Source: a virus
Taxonomy: Duplodnaviria; Caudoviricetes
Strand: one strand, 5' to 3'
Length of the DNA stretch: 42,149 nucleotides
Virus record (IMG/VR): IMGVR_UViG_3300050156_000030
Coordinates: 1-42,149 of that record
Below are positions 1-7,771 of this stretch, piece by piece. The notes under the pieces were generated by a model. It was not told where the DNA came from. It did no database searches and worked only from the letters and a program-made list of their open reading frames with translations. Positions within the stretch are counted from its first letter, which is position 1. The number at the start of each line of letters is the position of its first letter. The translations under genes and the position numbers were made by a program.

Positions 1-239
1 GGGTTAGATATATTTTCATTGGGGGGGAGGGAAAGGGAACCCGCCGTTACGTCGGTGACGTTATCAGTAACGTTACTAGTAACGCCTTCACCATTCTTGC
101 GGCGCTCACGGAACCGGGCTTGCCGCTCTGCATTGGCCGAGCGCGCGGGCTTTTCGCACAACTTGGCAAACTCGATCACGTCAGCGATCGATAGCCCGCG
201 CGCGGCAAGAAACTCCATTTGCTCGATAGTAATTGTCAT
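1..239 (-). CDS. Replication initiator (lambda O-like), N-terminal part; runs off the window start
   Basis: Not in the ORF track. Read manually: MTITIEQMEFLAARGLSIADVIEFAKLCEKPARSANAERQARFRERRKNGEGVTSNVTDNVTDVT...; ATG at 239 overlaps the HNH stop (ATGA). The AERQARFRER helix followed by a VT-rich repeat linker is typical of phage initiators. Confidence 0.7.
   Translation of the reverse strand, partial: MTITIEQMEFLAARGLSIADVIEFAKLCEKPARSANAERQARFRERRKNGEGVTSNVTDNVTDVTAGSLSLPPNENISN
45..84. repeat. Putative replication-origin iterons inside the initiator gene
   Basis: Clustered GTTAC/GTAAC units, including perfect palindromes AGTAACGTTACT (66-77) and CGTTACTAGTAACG (71-84), next to an AT-rich patch at 5-20. 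Confidence 0.5.
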
Positions 240-637
240 ACGCGATTGCCCTTTCGCGAATTGCAAGGGCGGCACATGGTTTGCAGGTTCTCAAAAGTAG
301 TTGGACCACCCTTGCTCTCAGGAATGATGTGGTCGCAGGTTAAATCGCTGTATCCATCACAGGTCACACAGCGGTAGGCATCCCGCTCAAAAACCTTCTT
401 TGCCAATGCGCGCGAGATTGGCGTTTTCCGGCGCTGATTTGCGATCCGCGCAAAGTCATCATCAGGCCAGCAATAACCTTCTTCGCGGACGGCTGCGGCA
501 AGTTGCTCAAGGACGAAAGCGCCTCGGCCATCACCCCAATGCCAGTACCATCCAAGATCGGCTTTGATCGTAGCGATTGCCGCCTCCAGTCGAAGCACAG
601 CGTCGCGTTCAAGTTTGATTGCGTCAGGCTCGCTCAC
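236..637 (-). CDS. HNH endonuclease
   Basis: VFERDAYRCVTC...LTCDHIIPESKGGPTTFENLQTMCRPCNSRKG is a canonical HNH with two CxxC motifs. Confidence 0.9.
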   Translation of the reverse strand: MSEPDAIKLERDAVLRLEAAIATIKADLGWYWHWGDGRGAFVLEQLAAAVREEGYCWPDDDFARIANQRRKTPISRALAKKVFERDAYRCVTCDGYSDLTCDHIIPESKGGPTTFENLQTMCRPCNSRKGNRV

Positions 638-1047
638 AGCGCGCTCACCTCAATTTCAAGGCCCGGCGTTTCGCTATAAATCTTGCGAATTGACGCCTCG
701 GCGATCTGAGAATCGTCCCGCCACAACACTGCGTTCAAGCCATCGCCGACAGCTTTGAGCACGTTGTCGCCATCTGGCCGGGCGGTGTGCCAGTCTTGCC
801 CAGTGGCAGCGAGCGCACGGCGGGCCTTGCTGGCTGCCTTTGGTAGCTGGAAACGGGCAGTCACTGCGAGCCGCAAAGGCCCTTCCAACGGCGGCGCGCC
901 ATCCATCACCTGCGCAGCCGCGTGCGCTACCAGACCTTCATATGCGACGGTCTTGGCAGGCGTGTAGGTAGCGGGCCGTCCGCCGCGCGTGGTTACGCGG
1001 GGACGACCTTTTGCCACTGGCTGGCCGGGGACAAAGACGCGGATCAT
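634..1047 (-). CDS. rusA: RusA-family Holliday junction resolvase
   Basis: VPGQPVAKGRPR...RPDGDNVLKAVGDGLN.VLWRDDSQI motif; start placed at ATG 1047. Confidence 0.9.
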   Translation of the reverse strand: MIRVFVPGQPVAKGRPRVTTRGGRPATYTPAKTVAYEGLVAHAAAQVMDGAPPLEGPLRLAVTARFQLPKAASKARRALAATGQDWHTARPDGDNVLKAVGDGLNAVLWRDDSQIAEASIRKIYSETPGLEIEVSAL

Positions 1048-1049
1048 CG

Positions 1050-1286
1050 TCAGTCGAGGCCCAGCGCGGCGCAATAGGCGTCAAGCACGGCCTGCATCTC
1101 GCGGCGGTCGTCGGGTTTCATGCGGCGCAGGCGGACAATCTGGCGCATGATCTTGACATCGTAGCCGGTGGCCTTGGCTTCGGCGTACACGTCGCGAATG
1201 TCGTCACTCAGGCCCTTCTTCTCGTCTTCAAGGCGCTCGATCCGTTCGAGCAAAAGGCGCAGGCGGTCGTCGGTGGTCTCAGGCAT
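1050..1286 (-). CDS. gapR: GapR-like (DUF2312/UPF0335) DNA-binding protein
   Basis: DDRLRLLLERIERLEDEKKGLSDDIRDVYAEAKATGYDVKIMRQIVRLRRM; GGAGG RBS before ATG 1286. Confidence 0.88.
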   Translation of the reverse strand: MPETTDDRLRLLLERIERLEDEKKGLSDDIRDVYAEAKATGYDVKIMRQIVRLRRMKPDDRREMQAVLDAYCAALGLD

Positions 1287-1288
1287 GT

Positions 1289-1456
1289 TCAGTCCTCCAG
1301 GTGTGGATGGGGTGGTTGGCCAGTGATCTGGCGCAGGTGGCGGGCCATTGCGCGGACGCGGGCGCGCTGGTTGTCGTGAGCATGAGCCGACAGAACGGCG
1401 GCAGCTTCGGCCACGGTCGGAGGCTTGCGGCCGAATATGCGGCGCAAACCGATCAT
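1289..1456 (-). CDS. Small hypothetical protein (55 aa)
   Basis: MIGLRRIFGRKPPTVAEAAAVL...HLED; ATGA coupling with the upstream gene and fills the operon gap. Confidence 0.5.
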   Translation of the reverse strand: MIGLRRIFGRKPPTVAEAAAVLSAHAHDNQRARVRAMARHLRQITGQPPHPHLED

Positions 1457-1641
1457 GCCTGCCACCCCGCACGCACATGACCGGCAAGCTGCTCATAAGC
1501 AGTCGGTGACAGCGCAAATTCGCGCATGATCCAGCCGCGCTGCTTGCCCAGCTTGATGGCTTGGCGCGCATCGTCCAAAATCCGGCGGCGGGCTGCATCG
1601 CGGGCCTGTCGTGCTGCCAGTGCCTGCATAGCCTTCACCAC
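1453..1641 (-). CDS. Small hypothetical protein
   Basis: Overlaps both neighbours within the operon. Confidence 0.5.
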   Translation of the reverse strand: MVKAMQALAARQARDAARRRILDDARQAIKLGKQRGWIMREFALSPTAYEQLAGHVRAGWQA

Positions 1642-1940
1642 GATGGCCTCCGATGCTTGCAGCCGATGTCACCACGGACTTCGCAGCGTGGGCATGGATC
1701 GCGATCAACGCGGGGCAGTTCTTCGGCGCGGATCGGATTGCTTGGCGTTGTGGAATTGACGCGTGAGATCATCCGCGTTCCATACGGCGGCAAAGCCCCT
1801 GCACGGCGCAACGCCTTGTAAACAGAAGACCTTTGCACTGCAAATCGATCTGCGATGTCAGGGACAGGCACGCCATCGCGGAAAAGATTTGCCATTACGA
1901 CATGGCGCGGCAGCTCAATCGTGATTGCGGCCTGCATCAC
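1635..1940 (-). CDS. HTH protein with C-terminal CxxC-x6-CxH motif
   Basis: LFRDGVPVPDIADRFAVQRSSVYKALRRAG (HTH) and DPCPRCEVRGDIGCKH. Confidence 0.7.
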   Translation of the reverse strand: MMQAAITIELPRHVVMANLFRDGVPVPDIADRFAVQRSSVYKALRRAGALPPYGTRMISRVNSTTPSNPIRAEELPRVDRDPCPRCEVRGDIGCKHRRPSW

Positions 1941-2227
1941 ATCACCTCAAAGAAGCCGGAGACACGGGCGCGGCGCTGACGCCAGCGGGCGAGGTAGTAG
2001 GTGCGATGACCGTCGCGGCGCTGCACCAGGTCAACAAAGCCGTTGTTGACGTTGCGGCGCATGATGTTGACCACGGTGCGCAGGGTCTGACTTGGTGCAA
2101 CCTTGAGGCTAAAATCGAGCCCGCGATAACCGTCCGCGTTGTCCGCAATGAAATATATCAGTTCGTGACCCGGCACGGCGGCGCGGACGAAGCTTTGCGC
2201 CTCGTTGACTGTGCAGGATTTGCTCAT
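1937..2227 (-). CDS. Hypothetical protein (possible winged helix)
   Basis: Coupled to both neighbours by ATGA overlaps. Confidence 0.6.
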   Translation of the reverse strand: MSKSCTVNEAQSFVRAAVPGHELIYFIADNADGYRGLDFSLKVAPSQTLRTVVNIMRRNVNNGFVDLVQRRDGHRTYYLARWRQRRARVSGFFEVM

Positions 2228-2643
2228 GCCGCAGCCTTTCGCGCCAAACCAGCAACGCAGCGGGCACGGTCTTTCAGGCGGGACACTTCGACATGATCAC
2301 GCACGCCATCGGCATCGGCATCGGCCAGATCGGCAACAAAGTGCGCGGCTTCACGGCCCAGCTTGGACAAGTCGCCATCGTCCGTTTCATCACTGCTGAC
2401 ATGCTTGCAGAACGGCTCCATGACCAACGACAGCAGATGATCCGGCACGCCAGCGGAACCAAGTGCGCCCAGCGCCCATGCAGGCATTGCAGCGCCGTTA
2501 CGCCAATTCTTCATGGTGCTGGCGTTGAGGGGCGAACGTGCCGCCAAAACGGCGATTGAAAGGCCGCATTCCTTTTCAGCGAGGCGAAACAATTCGCGCT
2601 GCGCTGCGATAGAATCCTGACCGGGCAAAGGAATGTCAGACAA
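2224..2643 (-). CDS. CII-like / XRE-HTH regulatory protein
   Basis: GLSIAVLAARSPLNASTMKNWRNG HTH; cII position downstream of cro and a terminator; TTG start at 2643 follows GGAGG. Confidence 0.6.
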   Translation of the reverse strand: MSDIPLPGQDSIAAQRELFRLAEKECGLSIAVLAARSPLNASTMKNWRNGAAMPAWALGALGSAGVPDHLLSLVMEPFCKHVSSDETDDGDLSKLGREAAHFVADLADADADGVRDHVEVSRLKDRARCVAGLARKAAA

Positions 2644-2688
2644 GATTTGCCTCCGTGTCGGCGGTATGATCCGCACCATGAAAAGGAG

Positions 2689-2737
2689 AAAAAGCCCCCG
2701 ACGCCGCGCTTACGACGGGCCAGACAACGCCGGGGGC
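2689..2737 (-). terminator. tR1-like hairpin terminator downstream of cro
   Basis: Minus strand: GCCCCCGGCGTTGT...GCGGCGTCGGGGGC followed by TTTTTCTCCTTTT. Confidence 0.55.
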
Positions 2738-2796
2738 AGTGACCGTGCGCCCAAAAAATGGGGGGATGCGCACGGCAGGGAGGTGGTGGGCCGGGG

Positions 2797-2907
2797 TCAC
2801 TCCCACCGGCTGTCGATCCAGTCGGCAATGCAGTTAGCCAGCGCGATGCCTCCGGTGACGGTCGCAGCGACGGCAAAACCGATGATGATGGATGCGGCTA
2901 GGGCCAT
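2797..2907 (-). CDS. 36-aa single-TM microprotein
   Basis: MALAASIIIGFAVAATVTGGIALANCIADWIDSRWE, starting just after the cro stop. Confidence 0.5.
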   Translation of the reverse strand: MALAASIIIGFAVAATVTGGIALANCIADWIDSRWE

Positions 2908-2910
2908 GGG

Positions 2911-3093
2911 TCAGGCTGCGTCGGGCAGAGTGATGCCCTTGACGCTTGCCGCCATCCGCAAATGGGCCAGCCGCGATCGCGGTATTCCAATGCGCCGCCA
3001 GCTATGGACAGTCGAGATTGGAGCCTCGATCATGCGAGCAACAGCACTGGTGCCACCAAGTGCGTCGATGATTGTGGTCGCGTCGGTGTTCAT
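2911..3093 (-). CDS. cro: Cro-like repressor
   Basis: IIDALGGTSAVARMIEAPISTVHSWRRIGIP HTH; divergent from cI. Confidence 0.85.
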   Translation of the reverse strand: MNTDATTIIDALGGTSAVARMIEAPISTVHSWRRIGIPRSRLAHLRMAASVKGITLPDAA

Positions 3094-3103
3094 GCGATGA
3101 CAC

Positions 3104-3178
3104 TTGCGACATTCGCAACAAAATCGCAAGCTTTAAATTGCGATAATCGCTTTTGCGCACCCGTTGCGATTGTCGCAA
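3104..3178. promoter_or_regulatory. OR-like operator cluster (3 sites)
   Basis: TTGCGACATTCGCAA (3104-3118), TTGCGATAATCGCTT (3138-3152) and TTGCGATTGTCGCAA (3164-3178) lie between the divergent cro and cI. Confidence 0.85.
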
Positions 3179-3186
3179 AAGGTGGT

Positions 3187-3810
3187 GTGGACATAGAGAT
3201 ACTGAAAGCCCGCCTAGAGGCACGCGGCATCCGTCAGGTTGATCTGGCGGAGGCGCTGGGCATCGAACCTGACAAGGTATCAAAAGTCTTCGCAGGCAAG
3301 CGGCGATGGCGAGGCGAAGAAGCTTTGAAGCTGGCGCGATTACTTGCTGACCATGACAACAGCACCGAGCACCCCGACATTCCACCAGCCGGCAGAGAGC
3401 CTGCATACGTCAATATCGCCGTACTGCCATCATTTGCGGGCATGGGCGGCGGCGGCAACGGTGTTGGCGAACAAGCAGTCGCCAAGCTACCGCGCGACCT
3501 GATTGAAGATCAGCTACATGGCCGGGCCGGTGACTTCGAATTGATCGATGTGCGCGGCGATAGCATGGAGCCAGACTTCTGCCACGGTGACCAAATCCTG
3601 ATTGATCGGCGCGACCGTGATCCCCGCCAACCAGGACCATTCGCGCTGTGGGATGAGGACGGTTATGTCGTCAAGCTGGTAGAGCGCGTGCCCAATCGCC
3701 GAGGATGGTATCGGGTGTTCAGCGCAAACCCCCGCTATTCGTCATACGAGATAGAAGAAACTGAGGCGACCATTCGCGGGCGCCCTGTCTGGTTTGCAAG
3801 GCGGCTTTAG
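3187..3810 (+). CDS. cI: CI-like repressor (HTH + S24 autopeptidase)
   Basis: N-terminal HTH IRQVDLAEALGIEPDKVSKVFAG; AGMGGG cleavage region; VRGDSMEP (catalytic Ser) and VVKLV (catalytic Lys); GTG start at 3187. Confidence 0.92.
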   Translation: MDIEILKARLEARGIRQVDLAEALGIEPDKVSKVFAGKRRWRGEEALKLARLLADHDNSTEHPDIPPAGREPAYVNIAVLPSFAGMGGGGNGVGEQAVAKLPRDLIEDQLHGRAGDFELIDVRGDSMEPDFCHGDQILIDRRDRDPRQPGPFALWDEDGYVVKLVERVPNRRGWYRVFSANPRYSSYEIEETEATIRGRPVWFARRL

Positions 3811-3983
3811 CACCCATGAACTTGCCCCTTACGCTCCGGGGCGTGGATGGCGACAGATGCCCCACCTATTGGGAATACGTTTGAACGCATGATGCGGCAG
3901 GATCGGAATCAGAAAATCCGCGATGCAATTTCGTCTAATCAGGCTTCCCAGCAGTGAGGGTGGGTTATGAGTGAGGGTGCCGT

Positions 3984-4412
3984 GTGACCGTCGATGAGAT
4001 AACCGACTTCTTCAATGCTCCCGCCAAGAGGTTGCCTGCGCTGCCACAATGGCGCGAGGTCGGATCACGTGATGGGGAGCGGCGCGCGCGGTTACCGATC
4101 GAGGTAAATGGCAGATTGGCGCATCCGGAACTCGAAATCACAGTGCGCACAACGCGGCCCAACGATTTGATTATTGTTCTGCTTACTCCGGATTGCGTGA
4201 CACGGTTGTGCATCGGCAATGGCCACCGCAACAAATTGACCGGCGAAACAGTCACGGTCCCGCACTTTCATCGCTGGGCTGACAACAGCCATTTGCGGGC
4301 AAGATTGCGCCAAACCCTTCCGTTTGCGGTCCCAATTCCAGACCGCTTGCATTCGCGCGATGCTGCATTCGCTTGGTTTTTGTCCGAAGTAGGCATAGAA
4401 TCCCCGGCGTAG
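3984..4412 (+). CDS. Accessory protein of the immunity region, DUF6978-like; possibly truncated by an amber codon (frame continues to TGA 4451)
   Basis: RLCIGNGHRNKLTGETVTVPHFHRW...FAVPIP resembles the HxN...PHxH signature of small prophage proteins found with DUF1828/1829 genes; family call by eye. Confidence 0.6.
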   Translation: MTVDEITDFFNAPAKRLPALPQWREVGSRDGERRARLPIEVNGRLAHPELEITVRTTRPNDLIIVLLTPDCVTRLCIGNGHRNKLTGETVTVPHFHRWADNSHLRARLRQTLPFAVPIPDRLHSRDAAFAWFLSEVGIESPA

Positions 4413-4450
4413 CTTCCGGTGATATGGCCGGGACAGGGAGACCTTTTCTG

Positions 4451-5176
4451 ATGGACTGGCAGGAGATCAAGGCGGCGCTTTGTGCTTCGCGTGACTTCAC
4501 GCAAGTCCACGATGGCTACAGCGTGCTTGCCGATACGATGATGCCTTCGGGCATGTTGATCCGCGTGCATATTCAGCTTCGCGATGGGCTATTGCACATG
4601 CATGACGATGGCGCTGCTTTTGACGAACTGGCCTGCCACGGCGCGGAATGTCGCAATCAGACTTCAGTGCGCACCATGCTTGCCGAAACGAAATTCCGCC
4701 TGACCCCAGAAGGCCAGATTTTCCGCGATGGAGTTGAGCCGGCGCATGTCGGCGCAGGTGTGGCGCTGGTCGCTGACGCCAGCTTGCGCGCGGCTCAATT
4801 CATGCTGTCCCATTCCAAAGTGCGCCTCGGATTGCCGCTTGATGTTCGTGTCCGTGATGCCTTGAAGGCCCGGTTCCCTGCTGGCCGCACGCAATACCCG
4901 TTCGCAGGTCATTCGCGCCAACAGACATTCGATTTTGGCTTGCAGCACCAAGAGCGCGTTATTCTGGTCGATGCCGTTCGCCCCGATGCATCATCGGTCA
5001 ATTCATCCATCATGAAAAGTATGGATGCTGTGCGCGCGGCGGGCAGTACGGCCAGGCCAATTTTAGTCTACGACGAAGCTGACCGTTGGCCATCTGATAT
5101 GCTCAACTTGCTGGCAATGGCAGGCGAACGAATGTCATTCAAACGTGTAACCGAAGGCGAACTGCTCGCCGCCTAA
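4451..5176 (+). CDS. DUF1828/DUF1829-like protein (C-terminal restriction-endonuclease-like fold)
   Basis: MMPSGMLIRVHI...LHMHDDGAAFDEL N-terminal domain; GHSRQQTFDFGL...ILVDAV C-terminal domain; AGGGAG RBS and TGATG overlap place the start at 4451. Confidence 0.65.
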   Translation: MDWQEIKAALCASRDFTQVHDGYSVLADTMMPSGMLIRVHIQLRDGLLHMHDDGAAFDELACHGAECRNQTSVRTMLAETKFRLTPEGQIFRDGVEPAHVGAGVALVADASLRAAQFMLSHSKVRLGLPLDVRVRDALKARFPAGRTQYPFAGHSRQQTFDFGLQHQERVILVDAVRPDASSVNSSIMKSMDAVRAAGSTARPILVYDEADRWPSDMLNLLAMAGERMSFKRVTEGELLAA

Positions 5177-5198
5177 CCCAACATCAAAGCCCCATACC

Positions 5199-5225
5199 AG
5201 CCCGCCCTAACCGGCGGGCTTTTTT
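5199..5225 (+). terminator. Rho-independent terminator ending the cI/accessory transcript
   Basis: AGCCCGCC-ctaacc-GGCGGGCT-TTTTT. Confidence 0.88.
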
Positions 5226-5255
5226 GTGCGCGTCGCGCAGGCTCGAATCACCCAC

Positions 5256-5324
5256 TTGCGACAATCGCATGATAAAAATTGCGATCATCGCATTTTACGC
5301 TTGCGATAGTTGCGATAATCGCAT
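5256..5324. promoter_or_regulatory. OL-like operator cluster / early promoter
   Basis: TTGCGACAATCGCAT (5256-5270), TTGCGATCATCGCAT (5279-5293) and TTGCGATAATCGCAT (5310-5324); same consensus as OR. Confidence 0.85.
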
Positions 5325-5369
5325 AATCATTCCCCATCAGCCGCACAGTCGGCCCGATGGAGAAACCCG

Positions 5370-5726
5370 ATGGTTCCCGCACTCTGGTACTTGAGCGACA
5401 CCGCTCTCGATATTCTCGCCTCTGGACGCCCTGACAAGGCATCGTTCAGCAAGGCTTATCCGCTCACGATTGACCGCTGGGCAGAGTTCACCGGCCCGGT
5501 GGCCACTGCGCTGCATGGCGTTTTCGCCGCTGCGTTCGCTGCCGCTGGCGATGACATGGCCGTCCGCATGGACGTGCTGACTGCCTCGCCTGAGGACGTT
5601 CTGGGCGCGCTCTGGGGTGATCCGAACGGAAACGCTGCTTACCGAACCTATCGCGACACGTCGGACGAATGGGCGCTGATCCGCTCGCAGGTGGTCGATG
5701 CTCTGGCGCAACAGGTGGCGGCATGA
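5370..5726 (+). CDS. Hypothetical early protein (first gene after OL)
   Basis: GGAG RBS; coupled to the next gene. Confidence 0.65.
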   Translation: MVPALWYLSDTALDILASGRPDKASFSKAYPLTIDRWAEFTGPVATALHGVFAAAFAAAGDDMAVRMDVLTASPEDVLGALWGDPNGNAAYRTYRDTSDEWALIRSQVVDALAQQVAA

Positions 5727-5902
5727 ACCCCGCCGCCGCGACCCACAACCTCGTCGCTGCCTGCGACCGCAGCCTTGCCCAGATCGACGCCGCGCTAGCC
5801 GAACTGCGCCGGATCGACGAACGGGCACGAGCCAATCACGCCGCGTTTTCCGCCGAGATGGCGCGCATCGATGCCATGCAATCCGCAGTCTGGGAATCCT
5901 GA
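5723..5902 (+). CDS. Small coiled-coil hypothetical protein
   Basis: [10 protein letters not shown]..., ATGA overlap. Confidence 0.55.
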   Translation: MNPAAATHNLVAACDRSLAQIDAALAELRRIDERARANHAAFSAEMARIDAMQSAVWES

Positions 5903-5905
5903 ACC

Positions 5906-6532
5906 ATGACTATCGAACAATACCCCGTCCGCAACCGCTGGACTGACGATGTGCAGTTTACCGCAGAAATTACCGTTACGCCTGACATGACGCTGAGTGT
6001 TAAACTCGGGCTGGCAATCAAATGGGCGCGCGATAACAATGCCAACCTGAGCGGTGCCAACCTGCGCGGTGCCAACCTGCGCGGTGCCAACCTGAGCGAT
6101 GCCAACCTGAGCGATGCCAACCTGAGCGATGCCAACCTGCGCGGTGCCAACCTGAGCGGTGCCAACCTGCGCGGTGCCAACCTGCGCGATGCCAACCTGA
6201 GCGATGCCAACCTGCGCGGTGCCAACCTGAGCGGTGCCCCCATCATCCCTCAAATTCACCAGCGTGTTTATGAGGCGGCATCACAACCCGGCGCGCTCAA
6301 CATGAGTGATTGGCACACCTGCGGAACAACGCATTGCCGCGCGGGCTGGGTCGTTGAATTGGCTGGTGATGAAGGCAAGGCACTGGAAAAGCAAATTGGA
6401 ACCCCTGCCGCTGCGACACTGATCTATCTCGCCAGTGACCCGACGCTCGACAAGTTCCCCAGCTTTTATTGCGGCAACGGTGAGGCACTGGCCGACATGA
6501 AGCGCCTTGCGGAATTGGAGGCAGCGAAGTGA
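5906..6532 (+). CDS. Pentapeptide-repeat protein
   Basis: 13 x ANL(S/R)(G/D) followed by a C-terminal [13 protein letters not shown] domain. Confidence 0.92.
   Translation: MTIEQYPVRNRWTDDVQFTAEITVTPDMTLSVKLGLAIKWARDNNANLSGANLRGANLRGANLSDANLSDANLSDANLRGANLSGANLRGANLRDANLSDANLRGANLSGAPIIPQIHQRVYEAASQPGALNMSDWHTCGTTHCRAGWVVELAGDEGKALEKQIGTPAAATLIYLASDPTLDKFPSFYCGNGEALADMKRLAELEAAK
6041..6235 (+). repeat. 13 tandem 15-bp units GCCAACCTG(A/C)GCG(G/A)T
   Basis: Direct reading; units vary at only two positions. Confidence 0.95.
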
Positions 6533-6816
6533 CCATTCACAATCACCCCATCCCGATCCGCGACCGCACGCCTGAGGTTATTGGCAGTTATTGGCAGTTG
6601 TTGGCAGAGGCTGACGACTTCGGCGTTTGGTCGGATGAACCGCGCACCACACAGGCGCGATGGGATGCCGAACACCGCGAACGTTCGACCGTGGCCAAGT
6701 GGCGCAATTTCATCCGCCACGAGCGCGTTTCCATGAAGCGCCTCACGTTGGGCACGGTGCTGGGCAGCTTCTGTCTGGTCGTCTGGACCGTGGCATTCTG
6801 GGCGGTGTTCGGCTGA
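6529..6816 (+). CDS. Hypothetical protein with C-terminal TM helix
   Basis: [24 protein letters not shown]; overlapping start and stop. Confidence 0.6.
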   Translation: MTIHNHPIPIRDRTPEVIGSYWQLLAEADDFGVWSDEPRTTQARWDAEHRERSTVAKWRNFIRHERVSMKRLTLGTVLGSFCLVVWTVAFWAVFG

Positions 6817-6977
6817 TGGCCGCGTCCCGCATCACATGCCCGGCAACCCGCATCATCCGCGACGACAGCGGGCGCAATGTGCGCGTTCCCGCTCATGTTG
6901 CCGCACCCCCTCGCATGCGCGCCGGCCTGTCTGATTGGCTGGCAAGCCGCCGCGAACCTCAGGAGATGTGCAAGTGA
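6816..6977 (+). CDS. Small hypothetical protein
   Basis: TGATG and GTGA couplings; [25 protein letters not shown]. Confidence 0.5.
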   Translation: MAASRITCPATRIIRDDSGRNVRVPAHVAAPPRMRAGLSDWLASRREPQEMCK

Positions 6978-7771
6978 ACGCACAGACCAAGATCGAAGTT
7001 CAGCCCGTGAAGTCCACGGGGCTTGAGCTGCTGCGGATGCCCTTTCCCGCGAACCATATCAGCAAGCTGCCCAAGGAAACGAAGGCGCAGGCGGACGCGC
7101 GCAAGGCTGACAAGAGCCTGATCGTCTGGAAATGCGCCGAGTGCGGCGGCATGCATCACAAGAACGCGGTGCATCTCGATTACGTTGGGCATGCCGCGCT
7201 GACCGATCGCTTGCTTGACGTGGATCCGGAATGGAACTGGGAGCCCTACGTTGCCCCCGGTCTGCCGAACCCCGGAAACGGCATGTGGATCAAGCTGACC
7301 GTCTGCGGCATGTCCCGGATCGGCTTTGGCTCGGCTGATGGCAAGTCCGGCGGCGATGCCATCAAGGAAATCATCGGGGACGCGCTGCGCAATGCAGCCA
7401 TGCGCTTCGGTGCAGCGCTCGATCTTTGGCACAAGGGCGACCTTCACGCCGATGATGAAGCGGAACAGGTCCAGCATGATGCCGATCGGCCGAAGGCCAA
7501 CGCCGACAAAGCGCCGGCGCGCGAGATGCCGGATGCCGAATGGGCGCGGCTGATCGCGCTGGTGGAAGCGACGGGCGTCAAACTCGGCGGCCTGCTCAAA
7601 AAGTATCAGGTCGAGAACCTGCGCCACCTCAACCAGGACCAGTACGCGAACGCGATTGAGGGGCTGAGCGGGATACTTGCGCAAAAGGCCAAGGAGGAAT
7701 CCGACGCCAAGGCAAGGTCCGCTGCAACCACCAACTTTAGCGAAATCCTTGAGGATGAGGTGCCGTTCTGA
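6974..7771 (+). CDS. Rad52/Sak-like single-strand annealing recombinase
   Basis: LDYVGHAALTDRLLDVDPEWNWE...KEIIGDALRNAAMRFGAALDLW; AGGAG RBS before GTG 6974. Confidence 0.8.
   Translation: MNAQTKIEVQPVKSTGLELLRMPFPANHISKLPKETKAQADARKADKSLIVWKCAECGGMHHKNAVHLDYVGHAALTDRLLDVDPEWNWEPYVAPGLPNPGNGMWIKLTVCGMSRIGFGSADGKSGGDAIKEIIGDALRNAAMRFGAALDLWHKGDLHADDEAEQVQHDADRPKANADKAPAREMPDAEWARLIALVEATGVKLGGLLKKYQVENLRHLNQDQYANAIEGLSGILAQKAKEESDAKARSAATTNFSEILEDEVPF

Noticed and set aside
2962-3186. N-terminal extensions in the ORF track (cI from 2962, GapR from 1598, terS from 41117, cassette gene 2 from 4373)
   Set aside because: They overlap other genes or operators; downstream starts have an RBS or stop-start coupling and match domain boundaries.
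3811-3983. Short ORFs between cI and the accessory cassette
   Set aside because: All are under 25 codons, with no convincing RBS or motif.
4410-4412. Genome-wide TAG recoding
   Set aside because: Other genes (cI, tail chaperone, 19049-19495) end normally at TAG, long genes are not interrupted by ambers, and no suppressor tRNA is visible.
5795-6259. Antisense repeat ORFs (AQVG(T/I) and RLA(P/S) repeats), and a possible CRISPR or DGR reading of the array
   Set aside because: Simply the reverse complement of the pentapeptide array; no spacers, cas genes or reverse transcriptase anywhere in the window.
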